Source: Vicugna vicugna (Eukaryota). From it: DNA of 64,000 bases. The translations under genes and the position numbers were made by a program. Positions 59,201 through 64,000 of the stretch are shown here, piece after piece. The stretch is from assembly GCA_013265495.1 (NCBI GenBank), contig MU062841.1:8643786-8707785 (forward strand), in the 5' to 3' direction. The notes beneath the pieces were generated by a model. It worked only from the letters and a program-made list of their open reading frames with translations, ran no database searches and had not been told where the DNA came from. Each line of letters starts with the position of its first letter. The first letter of the stretch is position 1.

Positions 59201-61437
59201 TGCCCATGGACCTAAGTACATTTTCAAAGAGGAATCAGCCTTCTGCCCACATTACGCCCCTTACTTACAGCAGAACCATGTCAGGACACCTTGAGACCTT
59301 CCCGCAGGTGAACCGAGGGAGAGGAATACTCCTCCTGGGGGATGGGATCTGAGGAGTATCCATTCATCCATTCACTGGAGCCAGTGCCCTGGAACAAGTA
59401 TGAGTCAGCCCGTCTCTGACCCCCTCAGATGGCCCTGTGGCCTGCTGGCTGGACCTGCCTTTGTCAGCCGACAGCAGTTGTATGTGAGATCTTAGGTGTG
59501 CCTGCTGCTGTGCTGTGCACTTGATGTAAATGCTCCAGCCTAACTGTCACGTTCCCCTGGTGAAGGTGCTAACATTACCCCCACTTTATAAGTGAGAAAA
59601 CTGAGGCTCAGAGAGAGTAAATGACTTGTCCAAGTGGCAGTGGGAAGATTCAAACTCAGACTCATCTGGCTTCGAAATACCTATTCTGCCTTTTCTTCTT
59701 TCTTGAGCTCCTGTTTCTTCAGGCCCCCATGCTAGTTTAACTGACCTGCTGCAGTTGGCCAACCTCATCCTCCTTTTCAGATCCTTCACATGCTTTCACT
59801 CACCTGCCCACTCTCACTTTCTCCTTCAGATTGGTGTACCCATGGCCAAGCCATACCAGGCTCTCAGGGGCCTCCCTGCCCGATGGTGGTGGCCCAACAC
59901 ACTGGACATCGTGTTGATGGAAACACTTAACCATGTAACCTCATGCCTCCCCCAACCAGGCTTTATAAAATAATGTGCATGTTTTCAGGCAATTCATTCC
60001 AACCTGCATTCTCTGCTGCCAAAATACTAGGTAGTTGTGAAATTTACCCCAATCTATGGATGTATATCACTATTTTTGTTTTAGTTCTCAAATATTTTAA
60101 AAGGGGGAAAACAATTTTTAAAAATAAGATAAATAAAAATACGAAAAGGAATATATATATATGTATATATGTATGACTGCATCACTATGTTGTACACCAG
60201 AAACTAACACAACATTGTAAATCAATAAAAAATAAACAAGTAAATAAAAAGGAAAAAAGAAGATCCATTTGTTGACTTGTGTCAGCCTTGGAAGATGACT
60301 GTCAAAAAGTTTTCATTACTGAGATGTTGCTCTGTGTTTTCTTTTCTTTCTTGTTTCCCCCACAGAAACGAAACCAGAGGTGAGGACAAGGCTTGGCGAT
60401 CAGGGTCCTCAGATCCTCGGGGTCCAGAGAGTCTACATTCAGACGAGGGAGGAGAAACGCATTAACCTGACCGTCGGTAGCAGAGCCTATTTGCTGCCCA
60501 ACACGTCGGTGATTATTAAGTGCCCGGTGCGACGCTTCCAGAAGTCGCTGATCCAGTGGGAGAAAGACGGCCATTGTCTGCAGAACTCCAAACGACTCGG
60601 CATCACCAAGTCGGGCTCCCTGAAAATCCACAGCCTCGCGGCCCCCGACATCGGCACGTACCGCTGCGTCGCGGGCTCTGCCCACGAGACGGTGGTCCTC
60701 AAGCTCATTGGCACTGACAACCGGCTCATCGCGCCGCCGGCCCTCAGAGAGCACGTGAGGGGGTATCCTGGGAGGGACCCCAACGAAGCCAATAATTTGG
60801 GAGCCACGTGGCATAAAATGAGGCAAATGTGGAGTAACAAAAATGAGCTTTACCTGGACGACGACCACATTCATAACCAGCCTCTCTTGAGAGCTCTGCT
60901 GGGCCCCTGCGGCCCTTCTGCGGGGAACACCGACTCCTGGGAGCTTAAGAATAAGCAGTTTGAAGCAGCGGTTAAACAGGGAGCCTACAGCATGGATACC
61001 GCCCAGTTCGATGAGCTGATAAGAAACATGAGTCAGCTCATGGAAACCGGAGAGGTCAGCGATGACCTGGCGTCCCAGGTGATATATCAGCTGGTGGCCG
61101 AGTTAGCTAAGGCGCAGCCGGCACACGTGCAGTGGGGGCGCCTCCCCGAAGCGGTGCCTCCCGCGGCTCAGCTGAGGGGGGGATCAGGAAGCGTCCCCCA
61201 AAGCGTGAAGGTGAAAAAGTCAGGCAAGCTGATGTTCAAGCCAAAGGGACCTGTTCTTCTGAGACCAAGCCAGCCCACCTTGATTTCCTTTAATAAAACA
61301 ATAAATGCAAGGATTGGAAACACAGTCTACGTTACAAAAAGGACGGAGGTCATCAATATACTGTGTGAGCTTGTTACCCCCAGTGAGGCCACATATACGT
61401 GGACCAAGGATGGGGCACTGCTCCAACCCTCAGAAAA
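501..61437 (+). CDS. ADAMTSL3: ADAMTS-like protein 3 (punctin-2), partial multi-exon CDS: join(501..612,5629..5767,6887..6937,7620..7824,12036..12183,14246..14330,25199..25488,36602..36731,41011..41203,41315..41494,51071..51224,60366..61437)
   Basis: Twelve AG/GT-bounded exons. Phases chain without a break (0-1-2-2-0-1-2-1-2-0-0-1-2). The joined translation matches ADAMTSL3 as recalled (e.g. GYQLNSAECVDIRLKRVVPDHYC, WEHNPWTACSVSCGGG, KRINLTVGSRAYLLPNTSVIIKCP). No start or stop codon in the window. Confidence 0.97.
2103..2285 (+). mobile_element. MER5A-like hAT-Charlie non-autonomous DNA transposon
   Basis: Resembles the MER5A consensus as recalled: ggaccagcagc...cctgggaacttgtgaga...ccccaggcctactggatcagaactctgggggtgggg...cccactg. 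Confidence 0.75.
2575..2975 (+). mobile_element. 5'-truncated L1 3' end (artiodactyl/camelid type)
   Basis: Contains atatgatatcactta...gtagcacagggaactatattcaatatcttgtaataacctataatgaaaaagaatat...cactatgctgtacac and ends in an A tail. Clearly similar to the copies at 13601 and 31603. Confidence 0.85.
2977..3197 (+). mobile_element. MIR SINE
   Basis: MIR core tctctgagcctcgttcttctcatctataaaatag and 3' gcctggcacttag. Confidence 0.7.
5346..5523 (+). mobile_element. MER5-family hAT-Charlie element
   Basis: Termini attctcaatcttggc...cccaggtgattctg...ggagaaccacag. Confidence 0.55.
5629..5767 (+). CDS. ADAMTSL3: ADAMTSL3 exon B (139 nt), TSP1 repeat
   Basis: tgctttag|GT acceptor and AG|gtttgc donor. 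Encodes GYQLNSAECVDIRLKRVVPDHYCHYYPENVKPKPKLKECSMDPCPS. Confidence 0.96.
6887..6937 (+). CDS. ADAMTSL3: ADAMTSL3 exon C (51 nt), inter-TSR linker
   Basis: ttcatttgtag|T acceptor and CG|gtgagt donor. Encodes SDGFKEIMPYDHFQPLPR. Phase 2-2. Confidence 0.93.
7620..7824 (+). CDS. ADAMTSL3: ADAMTSL3 exon D (205 nt), TSP1 repeat
   Basis: gcttttgag|C acceptor (GAG) and CAG|gtaaga donor. Encodes WEHNPWTACSVSCGGG...CPKWIAMEWSQ. Confidence 0.95.
11105..11290 (+). mobile_element. Old L1 (L1MB/MC-like) 3' end
   Basis: ggactttagttaataataatgtaccagtattggttcatc...tgtactgtctgctcaatttttctac...ctaaaaaataaa. Confidence 0.7.
12036..12183 (+). CDS. ADAMTSL3: ADAMTSL3 exon E (148 nt), TSP1 repeat
   Basis: tctttgaag|TGC acceptor and AAG|gtaact donor. 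Encodes CTVTCGRGLRYRVVLCINHRGQHVGGCNPQLKLHIKEECVVPIPCYKPK. Confidence 0.96.
13601..14070 (+). mobile_element. 5'-truncated L1 with a candidate TSD
   Basis: Extreme ORF2 C-terminus (IKKNKIMPFSATWMDLEIIILSE in ORF 13552-13743) followed by the 3' UTR and an A-rich tail. Flanked by aaaaatatatgaca (~13587-13600) and aaaaatatgaca (14071-14082). Confidence 0.88.
14246..14330 (+). CDS. ADAMTSL3: ADAMTSL3 exon F (85 nt), linker
   Basis: ttttttcttag|AA acceptor and AC|gtgagt donor. Encodes EKGPVEAKLPWLKQAQELEETRIATEEPT. Absent from the ORF track. Confidence 0.95.
17085..17357 (-). mobile_element. Old L1 3' UTR fragment (L1MB/MC-like)
   Basis: gaaaatttcaaacatgtataaag...gcaaacccagacagcatatcatctcattcataaatatttcagtat. 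Confidence 0.6.
17358..17816. mobile_element. MER5-like element (17358-17480 and 17756-17816) split by an antisense L1MB-like 3' fragment (~17506-17751)
   Basis: MER5-like 5' part (aaagtgtggtcc...agaatcacctg) and 3' part (ccccaggtgacttc...gggaaccact) flank aaattgtggtgaaatat...ccatctccagaattttttcatcatccca. Confidence 0.65.
18826..18972 (-). mobile_element. MIR SINE
   Basis: ttaattctcacaatgacccc...attattactctcattttag...ggcacagaaagattaagg. Confidence 0.65.
21259..21870. mobile_element. MLT1-family MaLR solo LTR
   Basis: caccacaaacttagtggtttaagacaa...ccttaatcacatctgcaaagcccc...gggcatctttaggggaggcatt. Confidence 0.75.
23381..23416 (-). pseudogene. Tailless retrocopy of tRNA-Tyr(GUA) 5' half (nt 1-36)
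   Basis: The minus strand reads CCTTCAACAGCTCAGCTGGTAGACCGGAGGACTGTA, 33/36 identical to the vertebrate tRNA-Tyr 5' exon as recalled. Flanked by a perfect 17-nt direct repeat (23366-23382 and 23423-23439). No poly(A) tail. Confidence 0.85.
24186..24570. mobile_element. MER58-like hAT-Charlie element
   Basis: gtaaacattttctgtaaggggccagataatagatattttagg...tactcagctctgccatgtagc...ggctgcgttccaata. Confidence 0.7.
24446..24488 (-). mobile_element. Tail-only remnant of a Vic-1 SINE, with TSD
   Basis: Reverse complement ctaattacccccaccacccccaaaaacaaacaaacaaacaaaa matches the 3' end of the full copy at ~48908-48936. 14-nt TSD TAAAAATCATTCTT at 24432-24445 and 24489-24502. Confidence 0.75.
25199..25488 (+). 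CDS. ADAMTSL3: ADAMTSL3 exon G (290 nt), TSP1 repeat plus start of the next
   Basis: tttcttgcag|G acceptor and GAG|gtactt donor. Encodes FIPEPWSTCSTTCGPG...YDWEYAGFTPCTATCLGG. Confidence 0.96.
27518..28070 (-). mobile_element. L1MB-like 3' fragment
   Basis: cagctttattaagatataattcacat...ttcatccatgttgtagcat...tttcatttctcttgggtatatacttaggagtag. Confidence 0.8.
30110..32050 (-). mobile_element. L2 LINE remnant, interrupted by a younger L1
   Basis: Purine-rich antisense L2 signatures, e.g. gagaagccattcaagtcacttaaatggg...gacatgataaaat and gagttcagttgtggacat...gagatctagactggaaat. Boundaries approximate. Confidence 0.65.
31603..31827 (+). mobile_element. 5'-truncated L1 3' end with 14-nt TSD
   Basis: Same family as 2575 and 13601. 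TSD aaaaggcaatgaga (31589-31602) and aaaaggcgatgaga (31828-31841). Confidence 0.85.
32780..33520 (-). mobile_element. Degenerate old L1 ORF2 fragment
   Basis: ttttgtcatcagggttatactagttttgtaagatgaattgg resembles antisense L1 ORF2, and T-rich L1-like sequence follows. Boundaries approximate. Confidence 0.5.
34535..34870 (-). mobile_element. L1 ORF2 internal fragment
   Basis: ORF 34527-34754 ([35 protein letters not shown]) resembles the L1 ORF2 motif [26 protein letters not shown]. Confidence 0.85.
34900..35075 (-). mobile_element. L1 ORF2 extreme C-terminal fragment
   Basis: gctgcaaatggcaaaatatcc...atccattcatctattgat...cttccatatcttggcaatt...gtatctttttgaatta. Confidence 0.8.
36602..36731 (+). 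CDS. ADAMTSL3: ADAMTSL3 exon H (130 nt), TSP1 repeat
   Basis: ccaacctctag|GC acceptor and AG|gtgtgt donor. Encodes GRQEAIAVCLHIQTQQTVNDTLCDTVHRPPAMSQACNTEPCPPR. Confidence 0.96.
36770..37090. mobile_element. MLT1-family LTR fragment
   Basis: cagggttggttccttccgagggctg...ttgggattagggcccactctaatgacctcatc...gtcacatttacaggtact...caattcaacctataaca. Confidence 0.75.
38022..38201. other. Assembly gap (180 N)
   Basis: Run of N. Exons H and I join in frame across it, so no constitutive exon is needed here. Confidence 0.99.
41011..41203 (+). CDS. ADAMTSL3: ADAMTSL3 exon I (193 nt), TSP1 repeat
   Basis: ttcggtacag|G acceptor and CAG|gtatgg donor. Encodes WHMGSWGPCSATCGVG...CPPSWHIEEWQQ. Confidence 0.96.
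41315..41494 (+). CDS. ADAMTSL3: ADAMTSL3 exon J (180 nt), TSP1 repeat
   Basis: ctgtctccccag|TGC acceptor after a 111-nt intron, and AAG|gtaagg donor. Encodes CSRTCGGGTQNRRVTC...CPPHLTVGDWSK. Confidence 0.96.
45705..45882. mobile_element. Probable hAT (Tip100-like) non-autonomous element
   Basis: gccatgatgggagtatttacaccacagaaactggcaaat and terminal ttgtgaaacatttactagcacac. Family assignment uncertain. Confidence 0.45.
45905..45928. repeat. (CA)n microsatellite
   Basis: Uninterrupted CA run. Confidence 0.9.
46556..46620 (-). mobile_element. 5'-truncated Vic-1 SINE
   Basis: T tail followed by ggaggtactagggattgaacccaggcccttgagcatgctaagca (B-box region in reverse complement). Confidence 0.8.
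47064..47220. repeat. Tandem duplication, 82-nt period
   Basis: 47064-47130 and 47146-47212 are identical over 67 nt. Confidence 0.95.
47222..47254. repeat. (TA)n microsatellite
   Basis: Uninterrupted TA run. Confidence 0.9.
48783..48933 (+). mobile_element. Full-length Vic-1 tRNA-derived SINE with a 5' (GT)n extension
   Basis: ggggagggtatagctcagtggtag (A box)...gtcctgggttcagtccccagtacctcc (B box)...ctaattaccccc and a caaa tail. TSD aaactatgcat at 48772-48782 and 48934-48944. Confidence 0.88.
48950..49850 (+). mobile_element. Degenerate L1/HAL1 ORF1-like remnant
   Basis: A-rich sequence with gatggatctggaagacggcggaaggagatcaaacgtaagtgtcatcggt (DLEDRSRRNNIRIIG-like). Confidence 0.55.
50755..50889. 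other. Assembly gap (135 N)
   Basis: Run of N about 180 nt upstream of exon K. Confidence 0.99.
51071..51224 (+). CDS. ADAMTSL3: ADAMTSL3 exon K (154 nt), TSP1 repeat
   Basis: ctcattgcag|TGT acceptor and GGA|gtaagt donor. Encodes CSVSCGVGTQRRKQVC...RSCQMPVCR. Confidence 0.95.
52255..52460 (-). mobile_element. MIR SINE
   Basis: atagcatttattgaccactta...gtattatcctcatttag...gacttgaccaagg. Confidence 0.65.
54519..54760 (+). mobile_element. MIR SINE
   Basis: tgtggttaag...gagttcaaatctc...gtgacattgggcagg...ctcaatttttcatctataagatggg...gtgccaggcacata. Confidence 0.75.
55545..56850 (-). mobile_element. L2 LINE remnants
   Basis: tttactatgtaccaggccctatgct (L2 3' end), taaggagtttagattttatcca and gtgaacagttaggtctggagctc. 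Boundaries approximate. Confidence 0.55.
58131..58166. repeat. Compound (GATGATGCT)3(GAT)3 repeat
   Basis: gatgatgctgatgatgctgatgatgctgatgatgat. Confidence 0.9.
59570..59700 (-). mobile_element. MIR SINE
   Basis: attaccccactttataagtgagaaaactgaggctcagagagagtaaatgacttgtccaag...gattcaaactcag. Confidence 0.75.
60140..60265 (+). mobile_element. Short L1 3' terminal fragment
   Basis: atcactatgttgtacaccagaaactaacacaacattgtaaatcaataaaaaataaa; same family as 31603. Confidence 0.75.
60366..61437 (+). CDS. ADAMTSL3: ADAMTSL3 exon L (1072 nt): Ig-like domain 1, long spacer, start of Ig-like domain 2
   Basis: tttccccacag|AA acceptor and AA|gtaagt donor. Ig motifs IKCP...WEKDG...YRCVAG and ILCE...WTKDG. 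Coincides with the 353-aa ORF. Confidence 0.97.
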
Positions 61438-62612
61438 GTAAGTAAAGAATCCAGTGTTCACTCTGTCCTCAGTCACACCTTCTTAATGATTATTCCAGTT
61501 TTCTTGAAAATATTTTCAAATTCCTTCTCCTTTCCAACAGGACTTTTTAGGAAAGAACCTCAAAAATGTTAGGGTATGTTTTTCACATATGCATTGGAAT
61601 TCTAAAAATGATCATACTGTCCCAATCACTATCATGCAGATGTAATGCAAGATGCTATGAGACTGAGTTTAGACATATATAGACTCGCTCTTTGCAGGGC
61701 ACTTAACCTTTGCAAATAAAATCAGTATAAGGTCGTTAAAAAAGTAAGCATACGTGTAGTAATCCTACATTATGTAGGAACTGCAAATCAGCATTTACAG
61801 TGCCCTTCCACGTCTGGGAGATGCGGTATCTCATTTGAACTCAAACCAGACCCGTGAGTTTGGCAAGGCAGCGGTTAACACGTTTTTGATGAGATCGTTG
61901 AGAAACAGAATCTCATGACTAATTCATGGCCAGTCAGAACCAGGGACCATATCTCCTGAACACTGCCAGCAGTGTTTGAAGATCACAACAAAAGCAATTT
62001 TTTGGTAGAAAGATTGAGTATCTGAGGTAATTTTCTATATCATGTAGTTTTTTATGTCATGAAATCCAAAAATAAAATGATAAGGACCAAATTTTTTTGA
62101 GATGTTCGAAACACAGTGTTAAGTCACACATGATTTTATTGTGATCTCCATCTGTGACGGTGCAAAAAATGCTACGTTTCATCCATTTTACATAAAACAG
62201 GGGATAACAGAAATACTAATTCATTTTTGTGCCTTTACTTGTTTGTACACATAGGACTATGGACGTTTGGCTTTCTTTCAATTTGCATTTAAGAGCTCAA
62301 GGTGTACCTTATCTGCCTCTAGGGATTGTTAAAAGACACTAACAAAACATCAGATGTTAAACTGTTATGCAAACCATAAAGTGCTTTTAAAATGCAAGTT
62401 TTATTTTTAGTATGTCTTTTGTGCATCACTTAATATGTCAAACATGAAAAGAAATCTAGGTAAATTCAATTTTTAGTAATAAATTATTAGGTTATGTCTT
62501 AGAATGATAAGACAGAACAAATTTAATTAAAAATTTTTTTTTGCCTGGAACTCTGAACTCAAGAGTGTAATGAAGTTATAAAAGTGGAAAAAACTTTCCG
62601 TATCAACTAGCT

Positions 62613-64000
62613 TAGCAGTTCTCAACTCTTTTGGTGTTAGGACTCCTTTAAACTTAAAAAAAAAAAAATGAGAAGCCCAAAGCGCTTTTTTTTGGGTGGG
62701 TGAGGAGGTGATTGGGTTTGTATTTATTTATTTACTTATTTTACTAGAGGAGGTACTGGGGATTGAACCTAGAACCTTGTGCATGCTAAGCATGTGCTCT
62801 ACCACTTTGAGCTACACCCTACACCCCAAAGCACTTTTGTTAATGTGAGTTATATCTGTTGATGTTTACTGTGTTAGAAATTGAAACTGTGAAACATTTA
62901 AAATACCTATTTATTAATCCTTTTAGAAATAACAATAATAAGCCCAATTCTTGTTCACATAAATAACGTAATTTTTGAAAAGCAGTATTTAAAAAAATTA
63001 CTGATAGCGGCATTATTTTACATCTCTGCAAATTTCTTCAATGTCTGGCTTAATAAAGTACAGCTGGATTCTCTTAATTCTTCTACACTTCATTTGTTGT
63101 GATATGTTGTTTTAATTGAAGTTTATGGAGGAAAGTTGGCTTCATACAGATATGTCAGTTGGAAGGAGAAGGAAAATTTTCACAGCCTTTCCAGGTAATT
63201 ATGGCCATTCTTCTTTAATCCTACCCTAAAACTAGACAAGGGGTAGTTTCTTAAGTGTTAGTTGGAGTGTGGAATCCAAAACTATACTAATGAGATTTTG
63301 GTACTCAGTTACAATGAAATCTATTGGTTTATCCTGCACTTTGAATTCATCTTTTAACTACACAAGATTTTAAACATCATACATTGATCTTTGGGGAAAT
63401 ATTGGCTCACTGAATTACACATCTTCCAAATATTGACACATTTCATTATATAATATAAAAAAATGTATATTCTTTAATATTACTACCCAGCTTTTCAGAG
63501 AAGTCTTTGAGTTTACGGAAGCAAAGTCAAATCGAAGGTTACCGATTTTCCAAATTCTGATCTTCACTTGAAAGCTTGAATTTTTATCATCTGCAACAAA
63601 TATTGTCCATTGTTTTCCTTGAATTGGCCAGCTCATTTCTGTCCATGAGAAAAACAGCTTCCAAATACCCTAATATGAATAACCATAGTGTGTCTGCCAG
63701 TCGTTCTTTCAGGCAGAAATGGGATTCCACAGAGAAAGCAGCTGGTTCCGCCAGCAGGTCACACCATCGCACCAGCATCCTTCGGCACGTGGCGCAAGTG
63801 CCCTGTGCCTACTTCCTGGTTTGTTGTACAGAGTGTTAAAAACATACACCCAAGAGCTGAGATTTAGTAAAATGAATACGTTCTACTGCTTCATGAAGAA
63901 CATTCCTAAGGGAATCCGGCATTTTTGTTTTTACTGCAAATGTGTGGTGGCAAGAAGAATACAGTGACTCCTGGTACCCTTTGGTGCCATGGCCTTGGTC
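62613..64000 (-). mobile_element. Charlie1-like hAT DNA transposon with transposase remnants; runs off the window end
   Basis: Terminus tagcagttctcaactcttttgg. Minus-strand ORFs 63587-63778 (VRW...LKERLADTLWLFILGYLEAVF) and 63415-63636 (QGK...LYNEMCQYLED) resemble consecutive, frameshifted segments of Charlie/Buster transposase. Confidence 0.75.
62690..62824 (-). mobile_element. Full-length Vic-1 SINE inserted in the Charlie element
   Basis: Reverse complement agggtgtagctcaaagtggtagagcacatgcttagcatgcacaaggttctaggttcaatccccagtacctcc. TSD cccaaagcgctttt (62676-62689) and cccaaagcactttt (62825-62838). Confidence 0.9.

Noticed and set aside
60302-60874. 190-aa antisense ORF and 65-aa alternate-frame ORF over exon L
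   Set aside because: Expected by-products of high GC3 in the sense frame.
1-64000. CRISPR arrays, operons, rRNA, numts, processed protein pseudogenes
   Set aside because: No repeat-spacer arrays or recognisable similarity seen. Short or highly diverged cases cannot be excluded without a database search.

Overview
Mammalian genomic DNA, most likely camelid, because it carries Vic-1-type tRNA-derived SINEs. The window holds 12 consecutive internal coding exons of ADAMTSL3 (punctin-2) on the + strand, from 501 to 61437. All have GT-AG boundaries and join in one open frame (2759 nt, about 919 codons). They encode the end of the spacer, eight TSP1 repeats with CxxS/TC motifs, the first Ig-like domain and the start of the second. 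The gene's start and end lie outside the window. The introns contain L1, L2, MIR, MLT1, MER5, MER58, Charlie1 and Vic-1 repeats, plus two N gaps. I found no prokaryotic features, CRISPR arrays or intact transposon ORFs, and no clearly novel multi-gene system. The best-supported unusual element is a TSD-flanked, tailless retrocopy of the 5' half of tRNA-Tyr(GUA) that ends exactly at the anticodon (23366-23439). Weaker but testable leads are: a stop codon on donor read-through at the position matching the short punctin-1 C-terminus; a GAG acceptor; a candidate 18-nt in-frame microexon whose donor sits in a hairpin; a paired NF-Y box element; and several candidate alternative splice or terminal exons. 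Repeat family names and comparisons with human proteins come from recall, not from database searches.
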